From Eledone cirrhosa (taxonomy: Eukaryota): 64,000 bases of DNA. Positions 14,437 through 28,320 of this stretch are shown here, piece after piece. Numbering within the stretch: position 1 is the first letter of the stretch; every line of letters begins with the position of its first letter. The notes under the pieces were generated by a model that searched no databases, was not told where the DNA came from, and saw only the letters and a list, made by a program, of their open reading frames with translations. A program made the translations under genes and the position numbers. The stretch lies in assembly GCA_964016885.1 (NCBI GenBank), contig OZ024741.1, forward strand, positions 99,014,001 through 99,078,000, read 5' to 3'.

Positions 14437-15433
14437 ATGGGAAACGTATTTTGAGGCGGGGGTCTTCAATCTTGCCCATATTCATTTATGAATAGGTTTT
14501 ATACATCCCAAGTTACTGATATTTTCGTCAAGAATTGTATAAGAAATCTGAGTGTTTCAGGTTCAAATCACTCAACGAGAGAAGATAATCTGTTTTTGGT
14601 GGTGGGGTGGGTGTCATGAAGGTAGTTAGCATTCATTATGAAATATGTTTTATACATCCTAATTTTCTGATAATTTTAATTTTTCGATTAAGGTTATCTC
14701 ACAGATTATTGATAATATTATTAATACACTATTCCACACTATCTTTATAAAGATACATATGAAAAGAATCACGAAATATTTAACAAAATGATTTTAGATA
14801 TGAAACAATTTAGAAGACAATCGAAATCTTAAATATAATAAAATGTTAAATGCATACACAATACAAGTTGTCAACTTTACAACGTGTCAAGTTTACAACT
14901 TTCGACAAAAATAGTTTCTGTACGAAATCTATATGAAAATATTGTCATATTTATCTCAGCATCTCGGCTTATTTAAGCGAATCATTACAAATTGTATTAT
15001 TTCAATTGGCAGTATTGGTAGAGGGTCGGACACCATGCTTTGACGCATAGAGTTACGGCCCTTGCCATTCTGAGTTCAAATCCCGCCGAGGTTAACTTTG
15101 CCTTTCATCCTTACGGGGTCGATAAAATAAAGTACCAGTAATGCACTGGGTAATTGCTGGCCTTGTGCCTAACGTAGAAATAATTATTTCAACATATAAC
15201 TATATTATTATCACATCAATATTAAAATCTCGCGAAATATATTAAAATCTCGCGAAACTCAAACAGAATCTCGAAAATGTTATTTCTACAAATAAACTTG
15301 TTTTCTATCTATGATGCTACTATGGGTAAATAAAGAGATACAAATGTTAAATCACCATAGTGCGGAATACCTTACTGATACATCATATCTTATTTGAAAC
15401 GTAAAAACTATAATTGACGATACAATCATATCC

Positions 15434-15522
15434 GCCCGCATAGCTCAGTCGGTAGAACAGACTTTTACTGATTCAATTGTAAAGATATCTGAGGGTTGCG
15501 GGTTCAAGTACCTCTGCGGGCG
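15434..15522 (+). pseudogene. Intron-containing tRNA-Lys(TTT) pseudogene
   Basis: 3-nt deletion at the D-stem/anticodon-stem junction. Confidence 0.85.
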
Positions 15523-16568
15523 TATTCATTTTCTTTTATGGGGAAATATTTTAACATTTATTTGTAATTAACTATAAAAACCACATTTTATTCGTTAAAT
15601 TTCTGATAGGTTACGTGTTTATTTAACATTATTGCACATCATTTTTAATCTCGACATTCCATGGTGAAGTGTAACACTTAAACATTTGTGGTGATAAACA
15701 GAATAATATTATAACTATGCTATTGTCACTGTAATATTTCTTGTCCAATGTCCATATAATTTATTACACATCCTTAGTGTGATTTGAAACCACAGTCCTC
15801 AACCACTATATATAAATTAATCATTTTTTCCAGCCTGTAGCGTTCGAGACGTTTGGTGGACTTGGGCCGGTGGCAGCGAAGTTTCTTGTCATCACTGGCG
15901 GCTCACCTTACTGAGGTGTCAGGTGATGCCCGCCCGTGAGGATGCCTGGTTATTTCAGCGGCTTAGCCTCACCATCAGTCGTAGTAATGCTGCGAACACG
16001 TTGTCTTGCCTGAAAGTGTGCAGTTAACCCCTAGGGTGTAAGGTGCGGCCGATTATTACACTTGGTGGTATGTTCCCCGCACCCCCAAACGACCCACTTT
16101 TTTACCTTCTGTTTTCTTTCCTTTATCATTTTTGCTCAATGAATTTATATTATTGTTATTATAAACGGTTTAGACATTGTATTTGTAATGTCGTTTTGAA
16201 CGAATTGCGAACAATTTACAATGTTATTTACGTATTTGTTATGTTATTTATGTATATATTTAAAATATATTTGCAACGTTATTCTACTGTAAATTTATAC
16301 AATTTCTATATTAAATTGCTGAAAAGAAAAACCCACTATATTCTGGAGATCTCTGTGTGTTGCAGTTACAAATCACTCAGCATACGAAGAACATTCTTAT
16401 AATATTTATGTTAGGTGGCACGGGGGTCGGGGAGTTCTTTTTCATTCATGATACGCGTTTTATCATCGCAATTTTCCGATACTTTCATAATTTAGGGTTG
16501 CATTTTACATCGTTGGCGAGAGTTACATCTACGAAACTCAAGAGGAACAACGAAATGTTATTCCTACA

Positions 16569-17332
16569 AATAATTGTTTCTACTTTTGGCACAAGTACCC
16601 AGTACATTACTGGTACTTTATTTTATCGACCCCGTAAGGATGAAAGGCAAAGTTGACCTCGGCGGGATTTGAACTCAGAATGGAAAGGGCCGTAACTCTA
16701 TGCGTCAAAGCATCACGTCCGACCCACTACCGATACTGCTAATCCACCACAAATAATGGTTTCTCATTTAGGCACAAGGCCATTAATTTTGGGGAAAGGA
16801 AAGTGGATTAAATCGGCCCCAGTGCGTTACTGGTACTTTATTTTATTGACCTCGTAAGGATGAAAGGTAAATCTAACCTCGGTAGGATTTCAACTGAGGA
16901 TGATAATTTTATGCAGCAAAGCATGGTGTGTGACGCTCTACTGATACTGCCAAACCACCGTCCTGTTATTCCTACAAATAGTGGTTTCTACTATAGGCAC
17001 AAGGCCAGCAATTTTGGAGGAGGGGAAAGTCGATTAAATCGACCCCAGTGCGTGACTGGTACTTTATTTTATCGACCCCATAAGGATGAATTGCAAAGTT
17101 ACCCTCAGTGGGATTTGAACTCAGATCATAATGGGCCGTAATTCTATGCTGCAACGCATGGCGTCCAACCCCCTAACGATACTGCCAATCCACCGTCCTG
17201 TTATTCCTACAAATAATTGTTTCTACTTTTGGCACAAGGCCAGCAATTACCCAGTGCGTTACTGGTACTTTATTTTATCGACCCCGTAAGGATGAAAGGT
17301 AAAGTTAACCTCGGCGGGATTTGAACTCAGAA
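16569..17332 (-). mobile_element. Four tandem SINE copies at one site
   Basis: Copies separated by repeats of (tgttattccta)caaataa. Confidence 0.8.
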
Positions 17333-17417
17333 TTCCTACAAATAATAAGAATGTATTACAGATATGTCTCATCATATTTGATAAGTAAAGACTATAATTG
17401 ACGCAGTAAATATGTCC

Positions 17418-17509
17418 GCCCGCATAGCTCAGTCGGTAGCGCATCAGACTTTTACAGATTATAATGTGAAGGTATCTGAGGGTCGCGGGTTCAAGTCCCT
17501 CTGCGGGCG
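17418..17509 (+). tRNA. tRNA-Lys(TTT) with 19-nt intron, near-intact (A23C)
   Basis: One D-stem mismatch against the consensus; oligo-T terminator follows. Confidence 0.8.
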
Positions 17510-19055
17510 AATTTTTTTTTTTTATTTCATTTATTTGTAAATAAGTATAAAAACCACATTTTACTCGTTAAATTTCTGAAAGCTTAAGTTTCTATTTAAC
17601 ATTATTGCACATCATTTTTAATCTCGACATTCCATGGTGAAGTGTAACACTGAAACATTTGTAGTGATAAACAGAATAATATTATAACTATATTATTGTC
17701 ACTGTAATATTTCTTGTCCAATGTGACGAATAAATCTCACCTAACATATAATTTATTACACATCCTTAGTGAGATTTGAAACCCAAATCCTCAAACACTA
17801 TATAAAGTAATCATTTTCCAGCCTGTGGGTGGCGAGACGTTTGGTGGACTTGGGCCGCTGACATCAAAGTTCTTGTCTTCACTGGTGGCTCACCTTACTG
17901 AGGTGTCAGGTGATGCCCGTGAGAATGCCTGGTTATTTCAGCCTTGTCATCACCCGTGGTAATGCTGCGAGCGTGTTGTCTTGCCTCAAAGTGTGCAGTT
18001 AAGTTTCTATTTAACATCATTGTACATCATTCTTAACCTGAACGTTCCATAGTGAAGTGTAACACTTAAACATATGTGGTGACAAACAGAATAATATTGT
18101 AAATATGTTATTGTCACTGTAATATTTCTTATTAATGTAACGAATAAATCTCACCTAACATAAAACATATAACACATAATAATATTTTAAACCACAATCC
18201 TCAAACACAACACTAAAATATTGAGTCCCCCAAATAGACTGTATTGTATATCTGAAAAATTTGACTTTTAATACGAGGTAAAAGTAAACAAAAGCTCATT
18301 CTCCGTATCGAGATCAGCGAAATTTGTGTCTTAGGTGAAAGTGAAAGTGCAGATCGAGAACTCAGCATATCGCACTAGAATTTTACAAACTGTATTGTGG
18401 AAATATCTGAGTGTTGCAGGTTCAAGTCAATCAGCGGATGATGAGAATTCTTATGTTATTATTAGGTGTGGAGTGCTTCCTATTCATTTGTGAAATACAT
18501 TTTATCATCCCAATATCTGATACATTTAGTTTTTGTTTAACGTTACATTATACATCGTTAGTGAGAATTACATCTACGCAACACAGGCGGAACCTTGAAA
18601 ATGTTAGTCCTCCTTATGTATTCTATCTACGAAGTTACTCTATGTAAATGAAAAGATACTGTTAAATCTCTCCAGTGAGAAATACGTACCTGGTACATTT
18701 ACAAAAGTAAAGACACAATTGACACAAGTAAAGCCATTTTCCACACTAAATTTCTGATAGCATAAGTTTTTTTTATTTAACATTATTTCACATCATTCTT
18801 AATCTGGACATTCCTCCTTAAGGTTGGAAATTAAAATCTCGTTAGTGAGATTTACATCTACGAAATTCAGACGGAACCTGGAAAATGTTATTCTTACAAA
18901 TAATAAGTATACACTCTGGTGTATTCTATCTATTCAGTTAGTCTGGGTAAATGAAAAGATACAAATGTTAAATCTCTCTAGTGCGGAATAGCTACCTGAT
19001 ATATTCCCTTTTTATCTGAAATGTAAAGACTATAATTGAATCCACGAATGTGCCC

Positions 19056-19156
19056 GCCCACGTATCTCTGTCGGTAGAGCATCAGACTTTTACAGATGTG
19101 AAGGTATATGTGGGTTGCGGGTTCAAGTCCCAATCTGAGGGTTGCGGGTTCAGGCC
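19056..19156 (+). pseudogene. tRNA-Lys pseudogene with a 13-nt intron and a partly duplicated 3' exon
   Basis: cagacttttacagatgtgaaggt...; gggttgcgggttca occurs twice. Confidence 0.75.
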
Positions 19157-19564
19157 AACTTTTTATTTTATTTATTTTTTTTTTTTTATAGGGAAATTTT
19201 GAGTTCAAATCCCGCCGAGGTTAGCTTTGTCTTTCATCCTTACGAGTTCGATTTAATCGACTTTCCCTCCCCCCAAAATTGCTGGGCTTGTACCTATAGT
19301 AGAAATAATTATTTCAAACTATAACTATTTATTTTCACATCAATATTCGCTATGGCGAGAAATTAAAATCTCACCAAATATATTATACATAGTTAGTGAG
19401 ATATATAAAATGTTATTTCTACTAATAAACTTGTGTATTCTATTTGTGAAGTTACTCTGGGTAAATAAAAAGGTACAACTGTTAAATCTCCCTAGTACCG
19501 AATATCTAATATATTCCATTTTATTTGAAAAGTAAAGACTATAATTGACAACATGAATCAGTCC

Positions 19565-19656
19565 GCCCGCATAGCTCAGTCGGTAGAGCATCAGCCTTTT
19601 ACGGATTCAAATGTAAAGGCATCTGAGGGTCTCCGGTTCAAGTCCCTCTGCGGGCG
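19565..19656 (+). pseudogene. Intron-containing tRNA-Lys(TTT), probably a pseudogene
   Basis: A31C and T-stem mismatches. Confidence 0.8.
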
Positions 19657-19814
19657 AAGATTTTTTTTTTCCCCTGAGAGGCATCGTGATTCGAAGTGGT
19701 TTATGAAATATGTTTATACTTCCTAAGTTCCTGTATCAGAAACTATTGACTTTTCTATACGAGGTGAAAGTAAATAAAAGCTAATTCTCCATAACAAGAT
19801 CGGCGTAACTTGTC

Positions 19815-19906
19815 TGTAGAGCAGACAAGTCGGTAGAGCATCAGACTTTTACAGATTCAAACGTGACGGCATCTGAGGGTCGTGGGTTGAAGTCCCTCTG
19901 CAGGCG
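19815..19906 (+). pseudogene. tRNA-Lys pseudogene, 5' end lost, B box mutated
   Basis: agtcggtagagcatcagactttt...ggttgaagtccc. Confidence 0.75.
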
Positions 19907-20547
19907 AATTATTATTATTATTTTTTCATTTATAGGGAAATTTTGATATTTATTTGTATTTATGGATAAAATACATATTCTATATATTAAATTTCTGATA
20001 GCTTAAGTATCTAATTAATGTTATTATACATCTCTCATAATCTGAAAGTTCCATGGTGAAGTCCAACACTTAAACATTTAAAATAAAGCACGAGTAATGC
20101 ACTGGGATAATTGCTGGCCTTGTGCCAAAAGTAGAAACAATTACTTCAACGTTTAGAGCGCCGGACACTATGCTTTGTGGCATAGAGTTGTGGCCCTTTA
20201 TGTTCTGAGTTCAAATCCAGCCGAGATTAGCGTTGTCCTTACGAGGTCGAGAACATAAAGTACCAGTAATGCACTGGGTCGATTTAATCGACTTTCCCTT
20301 CCCCCAAAATTGCTAGCCTTGTGCCTATAGTAGAAATCATTATTTCAAATTATAATATATTATTTTCACATTAATATTATTCGCTATGTCGAGAAATTAA
20401 TATCTCACCAAAAATATTATACATAGTTAGTGAGATATATAAAATGTTATTTCTACAAATAAACTTATGTATTCTATTTATGAAGTTTCTTTGGGTAAAT
20501 AAAAAGATACAACTATTAAGACTATAATTGAGAGTATGAATACGTCC

Positions 20548-20639
20548 GCCCGCATAGCTCAGTCGGTAGAGCATCAGACTTTTACGGATTCAAGTGTAAA
20601 GGTATCTGAGGGTCGCGGGTTCAAGTCCCTCTGCGGGCG
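20548..20639 (+). tRNA. tRNA-Lys(TTT) with 19-nt intron, intact
   Basis: Consensus exons; intron cggattcaagtgtaaaggt; long oligo-T terminator just downstream. Confidence 0.93.
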
Positions 20640-20739
20640 TAGATTTTTTTTTTTTATAAGAGTCTTCGTGATTCGTAGTCGTTTATGAAATATGTTTATA
20701 CCTCCTAAGTTCCTGATAATTTTTTTAACGTTGTTCACT

Positions 20740-20803
20740 GAGCATCAGACTTTTACAGATTCGAATGTGACAGCATCTGAGGGTTCAAGTCCCTCTACGG
20801 GCG
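20740..20803 (+). pseudogene. Partial tRNA-Lys copy
   Basis: 5'-truncated; 7-nt deletion between two GGGT repeats. Confidence 0.75.
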
Positions 20804-20971
20804 AAGATTTTTTTTCTTTTTTCATTTATTGGGAAATTTTGATATTTAATTATGGATAAAATATTTATGGTTAAAATGCATATTCTATATATTAAATTTC
20901 TGATAGCTTAAGTATTTATATAATGTTATTGTACATCTATCATAATCTGAAAGTTCCATGGTGAAGTCCAA

Positions 20972-21409
20972 GGTACGTATATATATATATATATATATAT
21001 ATGGGAGGGGGGTATCTGTGATCTATATATACTGGTCATAGACACCCACAAACATATACACACACACTCACATATATATGCACAACAACACCGCCAGCTC
21101 TCTTCCAGTCTCTGTCTCGGTCTCCTTTCTCTCTCTCTATCTCTATGTCTCTCTTTCAATCTACTCTGTCACAACCACTATCTCTTCCTCTCTATCTTTC
21201 TCTTTCTTTGTTTATGAAGGTACCCAGAAAAACCCCATATCTCGGAAAGCCGTGCTCCGATTTACTCGAAACTTGTTTTATTCTATTTGTATTCCCATTT
21301 CAAGGTCAACTTCCTTTCAAAGTATTTTCCCATTATGCACCCTTTTGGCTGTATTACATTACAGATAAGCAAGCAAGCAAACAATCACAGAGTTTTAGTA
21401 GTATATAGA
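20972..21409 (-). mobile_element. Helitron-like non-autonomous fragment
   Basis: Minus strand starts A|TCTATATACTACTAAAA, a Helitron-type 5' end; contains GA/TA microsatellites; interrupts a duplicated tRNA flank. Confidence 0.45.
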
Positions 21410-21817
21410 TAAATTATGTATAAAAATCATACACGTTAAATTTCTAATAGCTTAAGTGTCATTCTAATAGCTTATGTGTCATTATGGCACATAATGTTAT
21501 GTTAATGTTATAGGTAGTGGGGTGATGTTTCTTCCTATTCATTTATGATATACAATCAATCATCTCAATTTTTTTATTGATAATATATAACCATATTTAT
21601 ATCTCAATAATATTATTCGCTAAGGCGATAAATTAAAATCTCTCGAAATACATTATACATCGTTAGTGAGACATACATCTACGAAATTCAGACGGAATCT
21701 GGAAAATATTATTCCTATTGATAATTAGTATACACTCTAGTGTATTCTATGACGTTACGCAGGGTAAATGAAAAATATACAATGTTAAAAACTATAATTG
21801 ACGCCATTAACTTGTCC

Positions 21818-21910
21818 GTCCGCATAGCTCAGTCGGAAAAGCATCAGACTTTTTGCAGATTCAAATGTGAAGGTATCTGAGGGTGCCGCGTTCAAGTCCC
21901 TCTGCGGGCG
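21818..21910 (+). pseudogene. Intron-containing tRNA-Lys pseudogene
   Basis: D-loop and T-stem changes, 1-nt insertion near the anticodon. Confidence 0.8.
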
Positions 21911-23019
21911 AATTCTTTTTCATTTATGGGGAAATATTTTGATATTTATTTGTAATTATGCATAAAATGCATATTCTATGTGTTAAATTTCTGATAGCTT
22001 AAGTATCTAATTAATGTTATTGTACATCTCTCATTGTTTGAACGTTCCATGTTGAAGTCCAACACTTAAACATATCTACTGACAAACAAAATATTATAAC
22101 TATGTTGTTGTCACTGCAATATTTCTTGTCCAACATGACGAATACATCTCACCTAACATAAAACATATTACACAACCTTAGTGAAATTTTAAACAATCCT
22201 CAAACACAGCACCAAAATATTTAATCCTCCATTGAGAAAGTATTCAACATACTGTATTGCATATATGAAACAATTGATTTTCTATATAAGGTGAGTGTAA
22301 GCAAAAGCTAATTCTCCTTATCTAGATCGGCGTATCTTGTGTCTTGTCTGAAAATAATGGCTGAATGGGCGAATGCATATTGTGATATGGAATATATTAG
22401 TTGGTAGATTTTACAAAATATATTGTGAAGATATCTGAGGGTTTACCATTTCAAGTAACTCAACGGGCTAGGGGAATTTTTTTTGGGGGGGGGGTCATAA
22501 AGGTAAACAGCATTCATTATGTAATAGGTTTTATACATCCTAATTTTCTGATAATTTTAATTTTTGTTTAACGTTATCTGACATGTCTTGATAATATTAT
22601 TAATACCATAAGGGCGGTGAATTGGCAGTATCGGTAGAGGGTCGGACATGCTTTCCAGCATAGTTACGTCCCTTTACGATCTGAGTTCAATTAGAAGACA
22701 TAGTCGAAATCTTAAACATACTTAAATAGTTACTACAACGACAATACAAGTCAGTCAAGCTTGCAGTGTGTATAAATACGCCACCGACAACAATAGTTTA
22801 TACACAAAATATATCAGAACATATTACCTAATCATCTATGTTTAAGCGATTCCTTACAAACTACATTATTCTATTACGGACTGAGTTCAAATCCTGCCGA
22901 GGTTAACTTTGCCTTTTATCCTTACGGGGTCGATAAAATAAAGTACCAGTAATGCACTGGGATAATTGCTGGCCTTGTGCCAAAAGTAGAAACTATTATT
23001 TCAACATATAACCATACCA

Positions 23020-23690
23020 CTATCGTCGTCGTAGACGTTGGTAGAACTCGTTGCCAAGTATTGGGGTGCTCACTGACATGTCCTTCTTTGCGAATTAAGT
23101 CCTGTGTTGGATTTGAAGAGACGTCCACAGTCACCACATGGTAGGATAGGAAAGTTCTTGGGATGGAAATCTCTGGCTTTTATTTGAGTTTTCTCCGTCT
23201 ATTCTGTTTGTCTTCTGGTTTTTTGAAAGTTGTTTTTTTGTGGATTGTTTTTCTCCAATTGGTTCTTTCTGCGGCTTCCGTCTCCCAATGGACAGCGTAT
23301 ATTTCTGTACTCAGCAAGGTGTTTTTGAGATGATTATTGAATCGATGACGCGGAGGTCTACGTGGCCCCTTGCCTGAAGCGAGCTCAGCGAAGGGGATTT
23401 GTTTAGGTAGCCAGCTGACCGACATTCGGACAAGGTGTCCAGGCCATCGATGTCGGTGGTGAGTCATGATGTTTTTAGGCTCTCCATCTTTGCTCAAAGG
23501 AGAACTTGGTTGTTTGTGATCCTGTAGAGTACCCAGGTCTCACGGGCATACAGGAGAGTTGAGATTAAACCGCTCGTTTGACCATGAGCTTGGTTGTTTG
23601 TGTTAGCACAGGATTGTTGAAGACTATTTTGAATAGATTCCCGTACTTAGCAGCCTTCATTCGGTTATCGACGTCTTTTTCAGCGTATTC
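23020..23690 (-). mobile_element. RTE-clade LINE 3' fragment
   Basis: RWPGHLVRM...LPKQIPFAELASGKGPR.PP..RF...LK...WE..A..R..WR motif. Confidence 0.8.
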
Positions 23691-24384
23691 CCTTTTTTAT
23701 TTGTAGAAAAATATTTTGACACATAATGAACTGGAATACTTAAACATTTGTGGTGACAAACAATAAAATTATAACTATGTTATTGTCTCTGTAATATTTC
23801 TTGTCCAATGGCACGAATAAATCTCATCTAACATAATTTATTACACACCCTTAGTGAGATTTTAAACCACAACCCTCTAACACTATTTCAATTAATCATT
23901 TTTTCCAGTTTGTGGCGTTCGAGACGTTTGGTGAGATTGGGCCACTGAGAGCGAAGTTCTTGTCTTCACTGGCGGCTCAGGTGATACATGTGAGAATGCC
24001 TAGTTATTTCAGCGCCTTAGCCTCACCATCATCCGTGGTAATGCTGCGAGCGTGTTATCTTGCCTGGAAGTGTGCAGTTAACATCTAGGTGTGAGATGTG
24101 GCCGATTATCACACTTTGTAGCGAATCCCCCCCCCCCACACACACACATATTTTTTACTTCTTTTTTCTTTCGTTTATCATTTTTGTTCAATGAATTTAT
24201 ATTATTGTGTTATTATAAACGGTTTAGGTGGGATAGAGGAGCGGGGGTTCTTAATCATTCATGATATCCATGTTATCATCGCCATTCTATGATACTTTCA
24301 TATTTTAATGTTTCATTACACATCGTTAGTGAGAGGAGTTACATCTTCGACACTCAAACGGAACAACGAAAATGTTATTCCTAC

Positions 24385-24845
24385 AAATAATGGTTTCTTA
24401 AATAGGCACTTTGGGGGGGGGAGTCGATTAAATCGACCCAGTGCGTGACTGGTACTTTATTTCATCGACCCCGTAAAGCTGAAAGGCAAACTTAACCTCG
24501 GTGGGATTTGAACTCAGATCATAAAGGGCAGTAACTCTATGCTGCAAAGCATGGCGTCCGACCCTCTACCGATACTGTCACTCGTTATTCCTACAAATAA
24601 TGAATTCTAGTATAGGCACAAGGCCATAATTTTTTTTTGGAGGGGGGGTGGGGGCGTCGATTAAATCGACTCCTGTGCGTAACTGGTACTTTATTTCATC
24701 CACCTCGTAAGGATGAAAGGCAAAGTTAACCTCGGCGGGATTTGAACTCAGATCATAAAGGGCTGTAACTCTATGCTGCAAGGCATGGCGTCCGATATTG
24801 CAAATCCACCGATTGCCAATCTACCGATATTGCCAGTCCACCGAC
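24385..24845 (-). mobile_element. Two tandem SINE copies
   Basis: Bounded and separated by gttattcctacaaataa. Confidence 0.8.
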
Positions 24846-25039
24846 CTGTTATTCCTACAAATAACAAGAATGTATTACAGATATGTCTCAGATAGATTAC
24901 ACATCGTTAGTGAGAGTAACATCTAAGAAACTCAGAGGAACCTCAAAAATATAATTCCTACAAACAATAAATATATATTACAGCTATCTCCCATCTTATT
25001 TGAAAAGTAAAGACTATTATTGACGCAGCTAATATGTCC

Positions 25040-25131
25040 GCCCGCATAGCTCAGTCGGTAGAGCATCAGATTTTTACAGATTCGAATGTGAAGGTATCTG
25101 AGGGCCGCGGGTTCAAGTCCCTCTGCGGGCG
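25040..25131 (+). tRNA. tRNA-Lys(TTT) with 19-nt intron, near-intact (C32T, T47C)
   Basis: All stems as in the consensus; oligo-T terminator. Confidence 0.85.
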
Positions 25132-26339
25132 ATCTTTTTTTTTTTATTTTTTTTTTCCTTTTATGGGAAATTTTGATATTTAATTGTATTTATGTATAAA
25201 ATACATATCCTATATATTATTTAATGTTATTGTAGATCTCTCATAATCTGAACGTTCCATGGTAATGTCCAACACTTAAAATGTATTGTGACAAACAGAA
25301 TAATATTGGTGTACGCAACAGAGAGACGGACGTGTGTTTTAACCTCTCCCCAAAGTCACCATCAAGTCACACAGCAAAATCCTAAAAGAATCTCTCTTTC
25401 TATATCAACAACACATCATGTTTTACCCACAAATCTGTAAGTACTTTAAAAAAGACTTTACTATTGTTATTTTCTGTAACTACAAATCATTCACTAAAGC
25501 CACATGCTCTGCACTAACACATATTCACCTGACACGGAAAACATTATATGTAATTACATTTTTATACCCAAGTGTCTGCAAGTACAACCAAAGGCTCACC
25601 GTAATCTACACCAAATCAAAATAAAACATTACAGACAATTGTCTAAATAAATTTTAAAATATGTGGAATTGAAGAGAAATAACCAAAGTTAGAAACTATG
25701 CCAAATTACCATCGAATACATCATAAAAAGGATATATAAATGTGCACATGGTAGATTAACATTTTGCCGCTGGTGAGTTTTTCCAAGATTTTGATACTTT
25801 TTTTTTGTGCGCATTCTTAAAAAAACGTTTATAGCAACACTTACACAAGAGAACGAGCTGCCCATTTGAGAATTTTCCTCTAACAAACCGCCCTGGAACT
25901 GACCTTATAGCCTATCCCAAGCAAATAAAAAAATAAACAAATTCATTAGAATTTCACCAAATTTCAAAAGGACCAAAGCCAATGAGCCAGCTCCTTCGGT
26001 AAAAAGAAGGCATAAGAGCTTCACTCACAGTAGTTGATTCAGCAGCCAGCTCGACAGCTGAAATAGGTAGGAGTAACAACTATCACTACCACTAACAAAA
26101 GGAAGGAAACAACAATACCAACAACAACATACCAGCAATCACCACGCGATAATACTATTACTACTGCCACGGATCTTATAAAAATTGTGTTGTTTCAAGC
26201 GAGAGAGTAAGGGCCTCCCTGTGGTTGCTTGACATGCTGGAGGCGGCGGTCAAATCTCTTTCATGTAAGATTCCATATTTAAGTAAGTAGAAGCTTGGTT
26301 GTGGTTTTCATTACTAATTTTGATGATAATATACATATA

Positions 26340-28320
26340 CAGTCAATTTTTCATTTAATGACCGTGAAGGGGACCTTTTCGCGGGTCGGTCATTAAAAAA
26401 TATAATGACTAAATTAAAAAATTTCGAAGATCAAAATAATTTTTTACTGAAAAATTGAAGAAACCTAATTTTTAAATGTCCTAATATAGTCCGTTATTAG
26501 CGGCCTTCTTTTTTTCTTGGTTCTCAGCAAGCTTTCACGCAGTTGACCAACAATTATCAGCGCGCTGTTTTCATTTTTCAGAAAATATCTTTCAAGGCCC
26601 TCCAAATATGCCAAGGCGTCCGCATATCCAATTGCGCCCTTGGGCGGATCTGTGATGCAAGACTCTTCTAGTTCTTCACATTCCATCGTATACTCATTGA
26701 GATTTGTCAAAAAATCATCATCAGTATCAATCCTCTCATCCTCAGTTGGGAAGTGGTTTAATTCAGCTTCTTCTACTAGTGTTTCTTCTAGTGCGTATTT
26801 TCTATTATCGTCTTGAAATTCCGGTTTTCTCACGGAGGACTCCTCGTTTTCATTCTTATCAATGGAGCAGCGCCAGTTATCAAACGCTTTCGTGAAACAG
26901 TTTTTTATTGTTTCTTTTATCACTGCACCCCACGATTCGGTGCACAGTGGCAGAGAATCGACTATTTTGTACTCTTTTAATTGTATTTCATAGGATTTTT
27001 CTAAATTATCTTCCTCCATGCTTAAATTCTTGTGAGGATTTTTTTGTACTTTGCTTTGAATGATCGAATGATTCCCTGATCAAGGGTTGTATTTTCGATG
27101 TTGTGTTTGCAGGGAGATAATAAAGTTCAACATTTGAAAATTCTTTGTCGATACAGTGTACAGTTGCGTTGTCCAAAAGCAACAGAATTGTTCTATTGGA
27201 ACTAATCATTTGATCATTTAATCCCTCCAACCAATCTAGAAAAATTGTAGTTGTCATCCAGGCCTTTTTACTGAATGTGTAAAAGGGTTCATGGTGTCGA
27301 AATTAAGGTCCTTGAAACCCCGTGGGCACTTGTACTTTCCTATAATCAGAGGTTTTAGTTTTTCACCCAACATGCTAGTGCAGAACAGAATGGTGAATCT
27401 TTCTTTGGAAAACTTTCCCCTTGCCTTGTTCTCGTCGCTGAGAATTAGTGTTCTGGTTGGGGGGCACTTAAAAAACAGGCCCGTTTCATCACAGTTGAAC
27501 ACGTCTTCTGGCCGGTATTTTTTGTAAATTTCTTCGAAATCGTTCCAAGTTTCTCTCAAACTGATGGGGTCCACCAATCCTTTCTCTCCAGATATTAAAC
27601 CGAATTTGATCCTGTATTTTTATTTGAAGCGTGTGATCCACGTAGAAGAAGCCTGAAATCGTGTACACCCAATTTTTTGTTTATTTTAATCGCCATCATT
27701 GCCGAAAGGTCATTAGTCATTGTGTGATTTGCCTTTCTTTTCTTTTGAACCCACTCATGTAAAATTTTGTAGACATCGTCGTTTTTTTTTTGCTCTTCAG
27801 AATGTTTTTTCGAGCATTCGATTCATCGTTTTGGGTCAAATATTTTTCTTTGTTTTTCATAATTGTGTTTATGGTCCCCTTTGGCATGCCAAATTTTGTT
27901 GCAAGTTGGTCCTGGGTAACACTGGGATTTGCTAATTTGTAATCAACGACCTTCTTTTTCTGATCAATAGTAAACGTCTTTCGTTTTTTCTTGATGTTAC
28001 TTGTTCTTGGGTACATGGTGTAATATTGTTTTGGGTTAGGAAACATGACAAGTAACACACAAGTTAAATATACGTCCAGCCATGTTTAGCTACTTTATTA
28101 AGACTCTCTAGAACGCTCAAACAGCTCCTCTGTGAGCGACCAGACAAGGGGAGGTAACTCTGGTTCAAACCACGACACATGGGTATGTTCATTGCAATTT
28201 TTGTCAAAAATCGTGGTCATTAAAAAAATAGTCATTAACTCCGATCGCCTAGAATTAAATGGCTGGAAATCCGATTTATCGGTCATTAAATAAAAAAGTC
28301 ATTAAATAAAAAAACAACTG
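26340..28320 (-). mobile_element. Tigger/pogo DNA transposon, full length (1981 bp), frameshifted transposase
   Basis: TA|cagtcaatttttcatttaatgac ... gtcattaaataaaaaaacaactg|TA TIRs; CENP-B HTH (KRKTFTIDQKK), VFNCDETGLF, LLLDNATVH and LPANTTSKIQP motifs split across 4 ORFs. Confidence 0.92.

Noticed and set aside
16556-17345. CRISPR-like repeat/spacer array
   Set aside because: The intervening segments are homologous SINE copies of variable length, there are no cas genes, and the context is eukaryotic.
26465-28058. Domesticated TIGD/CENP-B host gene
   Set aside because: It has multiple frameshifts and stops, with intact TIRs and a TA TSD, so it is a decayed transposon.
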